A stretch of DNA of 63,893 nucleotides, counting the filler, from Choristocarpus tenellus KU-1152 (lineage: Eukaryota > Protista > Phaeophyceae): assembly GCA_964200185.2 (NCBI GenBank). It is 11 parts of 11 records of this genome, joined end to end, with 100 filler letters (N's around TTAATTAATTAA, not from the genome) between each part and the next. Parts side by side here need not be neighbours in the genome. Positions count along the whole stretch, not along the records: positions 1 to 4,340 come from CAXNAD020015036.1; positions 4,441 to 9,355 come from CAXNAD020012551.1; positions 9,456 to 15,389 come from CAXNAD020009373.1; 8 more parts are not named here. The stretch is one strand, 5' to 3'. Positions within the stretch are counted from its first letter, which is position 1, and each line of letters begins with the position of its first letter. Made by a program: the position numbers and the translations under genes. Positions 1 through 11,521 of this stretch are shown here, one piece after another. Under the pieces are notes generated by a model. That model was not told where the DNA came from and made no database searches. It saw nothing but the letters and a program-made list of their open reading frames with translations.

Positions 1-59
1 CCAACTCACACCCTCTGCCACTTGGGGCACTGCCACTGGAAGTTGAGGATGCGTATGAC

Positions 60-3000
60 CTAACCCCCCCCCTGCCCAATTCTCCAGACATGCCCTTGCT
101 GCTGTACCTGGTCATGTGATTGAATGTAACCTGGCTCATACCCTTCCAATGGGTAGTTTAATTCCTCACGATGATAACCTGGTCCTTGTCCTTGCAATAT
201 CCCCTGCAATGAACCTTCCCCTGGACATGATCTTCTTCCCTGAGACAAGATTGGTCCCTGTCCAGCCCTCCCTCTTTCACCCACACCTGATCCTTGTGGG
301 CCCCAGTTGCTGCCTTGTAAAGAATTGAATTTGTTGGGAGAAGGATTAGTTCCCAGAACCTGCCCCATTCTTACGGCTGATCCTTGACCCTGGAATTCAG
401 ATAGTATGGGAGACTGTCCTGGATATAGACCCCCCTGGGCAGCGGGACTCTTGCTCATATAATTTGGTTCATTCCAAGGTACATGATCAAGAGGGAGTCC
501 TCTCTGGTCGGGCACAATCGCCAACCTCTGCCCTGAACTCTGTCGCTGTAGCTCCCTCTGCCCCCATTCCACTGCTTGCTCCTGTCCCTGTCCCTTGTGC
601 CATAGTGGTTGGTGTGTTCCTATTTGCTGCTGTTCATTTGGATACTCTTGCGTTTGCAGTCCCTCCTTGGCCCATTGTGGGGGCCCTGTGCTCTGCCTTC
701 TTGCACCCAACTGCCAATCCCTTTGACGTTCACGGCTGAAGCCCTCCCACGGAGAGCTTCTGTGGTGGCCAGATGGCCCTATTTGACTGAAGCAGGTGGA
801 ACATGTGGTGGTATTTGTAGTTGTTAATTCCTAGGGTTCGTATCTACTCCGGAATACTACTTTCCGAACTAAAGACTATGTGGGGCTCAAGAAATGATGG
901 TAAAGTAATTGAGGCATACTGGAGGCGCAGATTGTGCTATTTTATATACTCCAGAGTATTACCTGTTCTAAGTTGTAGTGTGTACGGATTACTGGTGTAT
1001 CAACCATGTTGCAGCTCCGCTACAGGTAAAATATTATTTCAGAACTGAAAATAACAAGTAGGAGGATATCAGGGTGTAACCAACCCATCAATCTTGTAGC
1101 AGAAAAGCACTGCCAAAGTCGTCAGCAGGACCGGAAAGAAAAGGCATCCTTTGCGGAAATCATGCAATATATCATGCAAAAAAATAATATCACCTAGAGC
1201 ACCAGTACTCCCTTTGAATTGCTTCTAACCTCTCTCATCACACCCTAACATCAGCCAATTGTCAGCACGGCATTACAGACTTAGTACCGTTTGGTGTGTA
1301 CATATATTGTGGGTGGAGCTGACTTAGGCAGGAAGTCAGACCTCACATACTCAGTATATAATTTGAATATCTCGGCAAGGTGCTGATGCTGAACTGGAAA
1401 CAAAAAAAATGTTGTGGCACCTCTTGCTTATTCTAAAGCCCGAAGCATATGTACCCATTGGGGATACGGCTAGAGTTATTGTCTGTGGTTGAAGCGTTCA
1501 TTCATACCCAGTAAAAGGGAATACTCTAGGTATGGCATAACTTAACTGGGAATATCCATATTTGGCGAATGTTAATGAGGGAAAGAGGAAGAGAGGAGAA
1601 TTCATCAGGGTGCCTTCTATGATGACACTTAGTTTCAGGCTCAAAGTATCTGGGGGGGGTGGCGGTTGTTCATGGGGTCATTTTTTCCATATCCCGATAT
1701 TGGGGTGAGTTGGTTGCATACGTTGGATGAATCATATAAATGCACTTTTCCTGATTTTTGGGCCAAATGGACACCCTGGTGTAGCCCCACCCCCCCCCCA
1801 GATACTTTGGGTCTTCAACTGTGTCTTTCAGCACTTCACACTCTTTTGGACTGGTACCAACACACCTTAAATAATTCAACTTCACTCGATCAACTGTAAT
1901 ACCTAGTGTAATATTCCCATTGAACTCACAGTAAGAAATACACATGACACTACCTGCATACTATGCAACTACTTCTTCCTCACCGCCCAAGTATGTCACT
2001 CTTAGGTACTGCCATGTCCTGTCTCAGGGCTTCTGCATATTGTTGCTGCTGCTTGACAAGTTGCCACCTGAGTGAGTGAAGACGTCTTAGCTTAGATGGC
2101 CAATCACTATAGCTACTAGATAGGTAGAAAGAATAGTGGGCGGGTGAGGATGATGTTTGAAAAAGTGATAGACTGATTCACCCAGCAGGTGATGGTGGAT
2201 ACAGAGTGAAAAAGATGCACATGATCGAAAGACAAAATTACAGATTTGGCAACAAATCATCCTGGCACTGAGGATTCCTGCACCACAAACACGAGAAAAG
2301 AAGTAGTGCTAGCCCCAAGGATGCACTTGACAATATCCCAAAAAGACGATTGAACATCATGGGTCAATGGAAAAGCCGACTTTCCCATTCCATATTCAGA
2401 GAAAAGACTCAGAGAAGAAGACATCCAAATTGTACACCAAGAACACCTCCAGAAACCCTTAGACATCTCAACCTCATGCCTCCTAACTTTCTTACATGTC
2501 CACGATTGTGGCCATCACCAGACGACAACACAACTATCCCTAACCTCTCTGATTCTGGAACACCAATACCACTGACCCCAGCACCTCTACCCCTGCCCAA
2601 GTCTCTTCCATCATTTCTTCCACTGTCCCAGGCACTAGTAGGTGCTCCTCCCTCCCTCCTGGCACATCTCTTCTCAGCCATTTGCCCCTTTAACTGCTTG
2701 GCATACTCATCCTTGGAGTAGGGCTGCTTCCTCTCACCCAGGCCTAGTCTCCAGAAGGCTGCCCCCTCCTGAGTCGACTCTGAGAAAGATCCTTGACCCA
2801 CACCAGCGTTGGAGTTGGGGTTAGGCCTCTCTTGCTTAAGTCGCACACCGTTTCGCTGCGCAATCTGTTCCTGGAGTTGTTTAGAATACTCGGCCCTGGG
2901 ACTGCCTGCTGTTACCTTCATTCCACTTCCCCAAGCGGACCTCCCAGTGAGTGTTGTCCCAGTCCCAGCTCCCAATGTCATTTCCCCTTCCCCTCCACCA

Positions 3001-3962
3001 TTCAGCCCTAAAGTTCTCCCCTGTTGCTTCTGCTGCATTGCCTCCCTGGCTGCCATTTGCTCTCGGAGTTGCTCTGCATACTCAGCCTTCCTTTCCCTCT
3101 CTGCCCTTCCTCCATCCTCTGTGGGCCAACCATTGCGAATGCCCTCCCTGATTTGTGATATTTTACCACTTGGCAGCAAATCCACAGACTGGGTCCGGTC
3201 CTTCTCTGTCTCCCATCGAGCGTTTCTCCTTGCTTCTTCATTATCAGCTATCTGTTGCCTCAAAAGTTCTGCATAACTAGGCTGAGGCACTCCTTCAGTG
3301 GCAGTCCCATTCCTTACACAGTTGGCTTGATCCGCGATTGCCCCCATCCCAACGCTTACAACACCACCATCACCTCCACTATGTCTACTAAACACCCCTG
3401 CTCTCGACTGGCCATCCTTTTGTTCATTCCAAGCCAGCTCCTTATGCCCCTTTACTTGCTGCCTCTGTGTCATGGCACATTCTATCCCAGGATCTTCCCC
3501 ATTCCCTCCTCTTCCCCTTGCTGTCATCATCAGCTGGTCAGCTTGAAGTGGTGCCCTCCCATGTACACTAGCCCTACTCTCTGCCAACGTTGAAGTCTTC
3601 AGCGAAACCTCTTTTCCATCTTGAGGTGGAGGAAGTGGGACATGGTCACTTCCATCCCCATCCTTTCCCCCTTGCCCTCTCCAGTCAATTCTGGAACCCT
3701 TGGTCCAATCACGGGCATTGCCGTCTGTGTAGCTTACTGGTGTTTCCAATGCATCTGCTGTGAGGAGTTGCCCAGGGACGTGCTGCTGCTGGTCTTCTTC
3801 ATGTGCCCTAGCTTGACCTCGGTTCTGACTTTGAGGTTCTCTCTTGTTTTCCTCACCATGCGCTTGGTTCATGTTACCTTTCGTATCTTTGCCCTTGGCC
3901 AATGCCTGAGCGTTTGTTTCTGCCTTATGAGCAAGATACAGATGTCTCTTTTCCTCATAAAC
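60..3962 (-). CDS. Partial multi-exon gene for a low-complexity Q/G/E-rich protein with repeated (E/S/Q)YxxxLxxQ(I/M) motifs, CSPP1/CCDC66-like. Exons approx. 3962-2473 (or -2496), 2067-1984, 786-60
   Basis: Long ORFs 2409..3902 and 60..710 on the minus strand; acceptor ccag at 3963; motifs SYAELLRQQI, AEYAEQLREQM, AEYSKQLQEQI, DEYAKQLKGQM, QQYAEALRQDM. Splice sites and family are partly inferred. Confidence 0.5.
1638..1813. mobile_element. MITE type A (176 bp), TSD TTCA
   Basis: TIRs GGCTCAAAGTATCTG(n) / C(n)AGATACTTTGGGTC; ttca on both flanks. Confidence 0.9.
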
Positions 3963-4281
3963 CTGGAGTGGATGAGGGAAGAAAGGAGGGAAGAAGGGGA
4001 AGGCAAGGTTAATGTTGTGCTTGGAAAATTTTCAACACCTCAGGCAATTGAGTATGAAGTTGGGGTTGGTTTTGAGGAATGAAAGATCAGAATAGGGACT
4101 GATGCCAAGACCAAAATCTTTGATTGAAGTGTCCATTATCGGATCAGGAGTTGCTGTGTACAGTCAGTGGTAATATTCCTTCAGATGTTTGCCTCGGTGT
4201 TGATGAGAGAGTTGAAGAATTGTGGAAAACTTTCTCTCAGGGCCACATTAGCTTTTTTAGAGAGCATATGGTACGTGTTTA

Positions 4282-4340
4282 GACCCAAAGTGTCTGGGGG
4301 AGGGGGGGGAGAGTCTACACCAGGATACCCATTTGGGCCA
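4282..4340. mobile_element. MITE type A, truncated by contig end
   Basis: GACCCAAAGTGTCTG(n)...ccatttggg, then the linker. Confidence 0.8.
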
Positions 4341-4440
4341 NNNNNNNNNNNNNNNNNNNNNNNNNNNNNNNNNNNNNNNNNNNNTTAATTAATTAANNNN
4401 NNNNNNNNNNNNNNNNNNNNNNNNNNNNNNNNNNNNNNNN
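4341..4440. other. Artificial contig linker N44-TTAATTAATTAA-N44. Also at 9356, 15390, 19300, 23503, 30208, 40351, 45256, 55721 and 59915
   Basis: Identical 100-bp pattern with stops in all six frames, repeated 10 times. Confidence 0.97.
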
Positions 4441-4561
4441 ACTGTGTGGAAGAGTGGAGGGAGGGATACGGTGGGTTAGCACCCCCTGTGTGTAGAGATA
4501 GATGATGCGGCATGTGACTGGGTAGCCTGTGGCAGTTAGGAACCATAGACTTACCCAAACA

Positions 4562-6120
4562 TCACTGTAGCGTGTGTCCCCAAAATCGGAAGACTATTTC
4601 CGCACACACCTTGGCGTGACCTTTGAGATGTAGAATGGTCTCCACTTCACGAATGTTGACAGGCAGGGTATTGGTCCTGACGTCCCCTCCAGTTCGACCA
4701 ACCATTGTCGCATAGCGTGCCGTAGCCAACACACCCATCCGGGGTCGAGCCTTCCTCGACAACTGGCCATTCACGATATGTAATGTATTCCGCCAATGTC
4801 TATGTATGAGTTCCTCTCGATAAAGAGTTACAACATCTCTTGTACCCGTCTTTGATGAAAGCACGAACATGCCCCTCGCATTAGGAATTATCTCGTTATT
4901 GCTTACTTAATATATAACCCAGATTCGGGTTTGGCGTAGACAGCGTTGCTGTCCACCACGCTACATCGATTCACATGAGACCGCCCATACAAACAGACAC
5001 GACACAGACACGCTTCTAATTACATTCCCTCCCGCACAATACTGTGCAAAGTGGTAGCGATTGATACTCCATCACGTTATGTAGAAAGGTTTTCAGGTCT
5101 ACGACCATACCAATTTCGACCACCACTGCCATGTTGCCACCTGTGTAAATATCTTTCGGAACCTCCAGATACAATCCGAGCGAAAGCAATTTCGAGTCAA
5201 AATCGGCGTAAGCCCTATGCACGCCGATCTGTTTCTCCCGCCGTATATAGCACGGGTCTGTCGACACTGGCGACAATTTTCTTGGTATACACTGAGAAGC
5301 CTCCATGTCATGGCGGTTTGAAATCCAGGGAGCAAATAGTCACGTTACGCCAAGATTGGCGATGTGTGCAGTGTTGAAGAGTTTCCAATGTATCCACCCC
5401 TCATTGTGCTTTCCTCGGTCGTGATTACAACCACACGTCTCTACACATGTTTATGTGTTCATTTGCAGTCTGAGCTTGTACGAAGCAGTTGTAAATAGTG
5501 GTGTCACCAACGTTATCAAATCCGATGCCCTGTATTTATCACCATTAGAACCATCTACACACCAGCAGTCAGCGGTGTTATCACCAACAATTTCAAATTT
5601 GATGTCTCTATATTTCTTACCATTAGAACCGTACACACACCAGCTGTCAATAGTGGTATCACCAACATTTTGAAGTTGTATGCCCCTGTATTTATCACCA
5701 TTAGAATCATGTATACACCAGCTGTCAATAGTGGTGTCACCAACCTTTTCAATTTCGATGCCTTGTATTTATCACCATTAGAACCATCTACACACCAGCT
5801 GTCAATAGTGGTGTCACCAACATTTTGAAACCCGATGCCCCTGTATTTATCACCATTAGAACCGTCTACACACCAGCTGTCAATAGTGGTATCACCAAAA
5901 TCACTACTCCAGCATCTATAATTTGTTTGATCGAAGCCCTTCATAAACTGTCTGCCACCAGCAGTGCAGCGTCGCTTACCCCAACTGCATTTAATTTTGG
6001 ACCTAACCCAACACTGATCGGGCATCGAAATACAGTATGCATCTGTGGCGATTTCAAAGCAGCGTGTAATCTCTTTACTCCTATGTCAGAGCACCGTGCA
6101 CACCATACCCTGTTGGCAGC
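4562..6120 (-). pseudogene. Frameshifted ubiquitin-specific protease (peptidase C19/USP)-like pseudogene
   Basis: 5529-5473 translates GIGFDNVGDTTIYNCFVQA, which aligns with the USP Cys box GLxNxGNTCYMNSxLQxL. Downstream, in order: REKQIGVHRAY (QQDAHEF-like), VLCGRECN*KRVC (FxG..CxxC-like) and TLP..ILHLKGH (LP..IHLKRF-like). Multiple stops and frameshifts. Confidence 0.5.
5491..5898. repeat. Tandem repeat, 77-78 bp unit, about 5.3 copies; minus strand encodes the 26-aa unit GDTTIDSWCVDGSNGDKYRGIGFQNV
   Basis: Units start at 5491, 5568, 5646, 5724, 5801 and 5879. Confidence 0.92.
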
Positions 6121-7313
6121 CCGCCATCCAAAGCCTCCATCCTACCGTAATCACCCCACCCACCCCAGTTGCTGACAATGTAAGCCCTGAAGGCAACGCC
6201 CATGATCCTTACACGCAAACCCTTAGCGGCACTAATTACCTACATCTCGAACACTCAGCCCAATCTGCGAAGAGACAGATTTCACCTTACATGTAACATG
6301 TTGATGTACTGGCAATGCAGCGGCTATTGTCAGAATTAATTCCAGCGAATTCAGCCGAACTTAACCGAAATTGGAACATGGGTTGCAGTGACATAGGTTG
6401 AGAGTAATCAGACAAATGATCCGAAATAGAACTAGGATTCCACGATCCAATTCCACGCACCACAACATCCGTCTGTCAAATGCTATGTGGTGACACCATC
6501 GATACGCATGTGTTAGGGCTCCGATACGATTGGAACGTTTCCGATAAGGTTTGTATCGCGTTGCAATGCAATCTCAATTTAACTCACGCATTGGTATCAA
6601 CACGCACGTGTAGCTTAGTAAAAAAACCGCGGTAACCTCACTTTAGAATTTGATGGCTTCTTCCAACCGGCAGAACATACCAAATTTCTACTTCAAAGTA
6701 CGTTCCAAAATTGGCATATTCGTTTCAAACTGGTGCATTCAGGCTTTCACTTTCATGGTTTAACTTAAGGTTTTCCTGCTTTCCATGCTTGTTCCAAATC
6801 GGTACACACCACCCCCAACCGTTTTGCCGTGCCTTCCAAATTGATGACCTTTACCGTTCGACATAACACACATCAAATTTCTTCATTATTGTCTGGCCTA
6901 TGTCAAACACAAACCTGCGCATGGTTGCCCTCCCAACCTCTAACCTGGGTCGGCGCGTAAGTCTTTTTCATCTGCATACAGTATTGGTGCGTTCTCATAT
7001 TCAATATTCCTTCCATGTCGGCGGGGTTTACTGTTTGACGCATGCGTAAAAATAGCAGTCTCCACGGAAAACGCTACGTTGTCCTCATGACAACAACAGC
7101 GCTTCGCCCATATCATCTCACGTTTGCCTAGCCCACACACGGAGACGAACCCCGCACTCCCTACAGATCCCATCATCATTGATCACATACTCTGTCACTG
7201 TTTATACAACAATACCCTTGCTGTCATCACTCAACAATAGTATCCGTCCCTGCATCAATATCCTTTTCGTTTGCTGATTTCGTTGCCATAAAATATCCCC
7301 CCCTACCTACACA

Positions 7314-8743
7314 GGCAGTCGACCTGAGGCCCAAAGAAACCTGACGAGGAAAAGACGACAGGGTTGATCACGTCAAACCTCAGCGCGACCTGTACGATTG
7401 ACCTGGCCACATCTGCTTTCTTGTCCCAGACGTATAATGCCAATTTCCTTGATAAGGATAGGGTAGAGTCAATGTTTTCAATGCTGGGCACAGACCCACA
7501 AGTCGTCGACGATAAGCTCACGGAGATGCGGAGTGGACAGCCTTTCTCTTTGTGCTCGCGATGGAAAACAATCCATAAGTTGAAGGCCGACATGCGCAGA
7601 GCAAAGGTACCTTCTGATGTGCCCAACGGCGAACTGCTCGCGGACTACAACCTGGAACTGGATGAGGATGGCGACGCTAGGGATCCGGACAACGAAGATA
7701 ACGTCTTGTTTTGTCTGAATGGACGACTTAGGATCATGCTCTTGAGGTTCATCGAGTGTGTGGCAAACGAGGATATATACCATCGAGCATCAACCTCCGA
7801 CTCAAAGTATCTGGGGGGGGGGTGTTGGCTGTACATTTGGGGTCAACTTTTTTCATGTCGCAATTTTTGGGTGATTTGGTTGCATGGGTCGGATGAATGA
7901 TGTAAATGCACATTTCCTGATTTTGACCCAAATGGACACCCTGGTTTAGACCCCTCCCCCCCAAAATATACTTTAGGTCTCCCAGCCCACCTCACAATGT
8001 GATGAGCCTCAGACGTCGGAGCAAACCTCCAGATAGGGTGAGCACAGGAGATTCATGTGGAAGATATTTCCACACTGCAGTCGCGAGAAGGCTGAATCAA
8101 TACCCATAGGAGAGAGTGTGGTGGCCAGCAGATCACACGTGCCTAACATCCTGGACATATTCCATTGGATGGTGTGTTGGGTTGCAGCTATCATGGAGTA
8201 GAAGCGCGACTTCAGGTGTGACAGATCCTGCCCCTACCTGCAGGATACGGGTGAGGACTCTGATCGTCACACATGCATGATGACATTGCTAACCTGATGC
8301 AACCAATACTGTCTGGGAGACATAGACTTCTGGAATGCCGACGCAAAGTTCCAGAGGCAATAAAGAGGAGGGTTGCTGCGAAAATAAAGGCATTCCTCAT
8401 GGAAGCGTGGGAGGACATACTCATGAAAACTGGGACGAGAAAACTCGGCGACCAAACCTCTGCCCAGTTCTAAAATTCGATCGCCATCCATACGCAGATA
8501 CGCACTGGAGAAGTTGAGGTTCTCACGGCTCTTTCCCAGGGAGTGATTCGTGAAACAATTATGAAGCATTGCCTACTTTGCGTCGCCCATATCCATATTA
8601 ATTCGGAATCGGTGACCCAACTAACACAATCCCTTTCTTCCCCTCACTATGTTCCACCAGAAACAAAAGAGCTGGAGGACATCCTTCTCGGTGCGTGGAG
8701 AGAACACAAGAAGCGCAACGACTCCAGCATAAGCGTGGGGTAG
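7314..8743 (+). pseudogene. Decayed long coding segment of unknown family, interrupted by a MITE
   Basis: ORFs 7364-7798, 8273-8473 and 8543-8743 join through in-frame stops and one frameshift. Removing the MITE and one TCC restores the frame (..RASTS-QPTSQCDE..). Confidence 0.55.
7799..7979. mobile_element. MITE type A, 3-bp TSD TCC
   Basis: GACTCAAAGTATCTG(n)...ATACTTTAGGTC; tcc on both flanks. Confidence 0.9.
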
Positions 8744-9182
8744 CCACCTCGACATTTCAACATCCAATACCCCATAACTAATGGTCCAACAACACTGTAA
8801 TATTCCCTGGCTTCACAGACTAACTTGAATTGACGTTTTATACATGTGTATCGCCATCGGCGATATGACCATTAACCAACAGACCCACTCCCATTCCCAC
8901 GTTCTTCTGTCCTGATGATGTGACCTTATCCTCTGCACACCTAACGCGCCCCCGACTAGGAAAAATTCGACTTTAGGACGGTTCATATGTTTACTGTGCT
9001 GTGGTACTCAAACCCAGACGCCGCCATCAAATCCCTCAAGAACTGTGGGGGTTCATGCACGTCTACAGGTTGCAGGTGGGTTAAACATTCCCAACACGTC
9101 CCCACGCATCGAACCCTAAGTCCATGGGGTTCTGCTGTGCGACACGCAGTCCCTTCAAACCCTTAGATCGATACGCTGTTAA

Positions 9183-9355
9183 GACCCAAAGTATCTGGAG
9201 GGGGGGAGGGTCTACACCAGAGTGTCCATTTAGATCAAAACCAGGAAAAGTGCACTTTCACTATCCATCCAACGTATGGAACCAAATCACCCAAAAATCG
9301 CGACATGAAAAAATCGGCCCCAAATGGACAGCCGCTACCCCCCCCAGATACCTTG
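9183..9355. mobile_element. MITE type A at contig end
   Basis: GACCCAAAGTATCTGG...CCCAGATACCTTG. Confidence 0.88.
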
Positions 9356-9455
9356 NNNNNNNNNNNNNNNNNNNNNNNNNNNNNNNNNNNNNNNNNNNNT
9401 TAATTAATTAANNNNNNNNNNNNNNNNNNNNNNNNNNNNNNNNNNNNNNNNNNNN

Positions 9456-9512
9456 CATGAAAAAATTGACCCCAAATGGACAGCCGTCACCCCCTCCCAG
9501 ATACTTTGAGCC
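9456..9512. mobile_element. MITE type A, partial, at contig start
   Basis: ccccaaatggacagcc...cccagatactttgagcc. Confidence 0.85.
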
Positions 9513-10725
9513 CGACATAGGGTTGACTGGGTGTTATGTTATCGAAAGTGCATAATGTATGGTCTTTATCAGACAAGTCGTTGAACAGTCCAACTTTCAC
9601 AATTTTTTGTTGATCGATTTATTTTTGTTCCCATCACTACACACGAACCTGTATATACTTCCAATTCCCCCCTTCTCTAGTTCTACTATTTGACGAAATA
9701 TCATTGTACACGTTGGATCACTTTGCACTTCTAGAACTATGATTTCTTTTTGTGCCAAGATTTAACTAAATTTTACAATGCATATGTATGTTTTGTACCA
9801 AAAAATATTTTAAAGAGCATTACACAGTCCTGTGTACGTTTTGGGCGGGAGTGTTAGGAGGACTACAGTGTTACGATGTATGTTTTGGGTCCAGTGTTAC
9901 AGGGGCAAGTAATACAGTGTTTGAGTGTTACGCTTTCGAAGGAGTGAACACAAAATGAGTGGCATGTTATGGGTACTTGCTATGAAGAACATCCTCGACA
10001 CAAAGGAGTGTGGGAGGTGTCGACCATCGGATTCCTCTTGGAAAACTGGCCAGGTAGGACCTTTCAATGGCCATAACTCATTAAGCACAGCTTCATTGCA
10101 GCATTGAATAATATGATTGTGACTATACGGTCCCTTGTCTGTTTCTCCAAAGTCCTTGCCAACCAAACTACCCTCTGGCATAAAGACTGTTGAAACACAT
10201 ACTGCATGTTGAATGTCCAACAATTTGTGGGAACACTGGTCATTTTTCTTCACAGTACCCTTTCTTTTTTTTTAGCAATCCCCGTTTTTTTTAGGGACCA
10301 GAAATATCGCCTCCAGCTACATTATAAATACAGGATGCTTGGTAACCCTTTGTGGATGTTTGATATGTGAAATCACTTGGTTTTGGACAGCTAGCTACCA
10401 CTACATACCATTCCAAGCAAGGAGTTCGATTATTGGTGGAGATATCCACTATTCTGAACGGTATAAATTTTCGAACAGCATAATATGAGGTACTAAGGTA
10501 AAATGCAGAAACTAAGCAGAAGAATAGACAAGAAAACAGCAAGAGAAAAAACGACCTAGTTAAATAGGAGGGGCAGCAAAAACCAAGCCAGACACTACTA
10601 TTCACTAGCACCTAACAGCTGGGCAGACCTTCACGCCTTAAGCATTACCAAGGTACAATAGGAAAGAGAAAACTTAGGGTAACATCAAGCTCATCCATCC
10701 GAACACCACTTACCACAATTTTATC

Positions 10726-11000
10726 GACCCAAAGCATTTAAGATAAGATGGTAGGAGTTTTGCCTTGTTTGTCCGTTTGGGGATTGGCTTCCCACGGGAT
10801 TTTTATGCCCTTTTTCTGTTTTCTGTGTGAACACAGTTACAGAACTCCGAAACATTTCGGAGTGTAACTATGAAAGGTGTATCCGGAGCAAGGATACTGA
10901 CGCTTGCTAACAAACACGATGACTGAAATTAATCAAAATCGCAACATTGGATTTATGACCCTGAACGGACACGATCCGGCCCTCTTAAATACTGTGGGTT
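10726..11000. mobile_element. Degenerate MITE with type B body and type A-like termini
   Basis: GACCCAAAGCATTTAAG...CTTAAATACTGTGGGTT; interior matches type B. Confidence 0.7.
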
Positions 11001-11263
11001 GATCACAAATAAGAGTATGCCCAAGAAAAAGTGACCCAAGACTGAGAAAGGCAAAAACTAAGAGCCAATAGTGGGTGTGCATGCATCCTTAACGCACATA
11101 CAGACAGACAGGCGGAACAGACTCAAACAGTCGACAGTACATTTCACTCGGTATTGCATGGTATGTACTGAGTACGTAAGTAACATCTGGATTTCTTGAA
11201 TTGGTCGCTTCGCAGAATTATAATTACTAGTAGGAACTTTTTTTTTGTTGTAGAATTTCACAA

Positions 11264-11521
11264 GAGTCAAAGTATCTTATAGAGTAGAGCCGCATCCATT
11301 TGGGGGCCAAAATCCAATGTTGCGATTTTGATGTAATTTTGGCTATCGTGATGTTAGGAGATGTCAATGTCCTTCTTCCGGACATATCTTTTCATCGCGT
11401 ATACATTTTACCTACTCGGAAACATTTTGGAGGAGGTAGTATATCATTAAAAACCCGTGGGAAGTCAAGCCTCAAACGGACAAACAGGGCAAAACTCGTA
11501 CCCTCTAAGATACTTTAACTC
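11264..11521. mobile_element. MITE type B (about 258 bp), TSD ACAA
   Basis: GAGTCAAAGTATCTTA...TAAGATACTTTAACTC; acaa on both flanks. Confidence 0.92.

Noticed and set aside
4341-4440. Recurrent palindromic TTAATTAATTAA motif
   Set aside because: It is always centred in N-runs of fixed length, so it is an assembly linker and not biology.
5491-5898. 78-bp repeat array as a CRISPR-like locus
   Set aside because: The whole unit is homologous between copies with no unique spacers, the length is a codon multiple, and there are no cas genes.
9183-9512. MITE A on both sides of a linker as one copy proving contig adjacency
   Set aside because: The outer flanks (ttaa versus cgac) do not form a TSD, so these are different copies.
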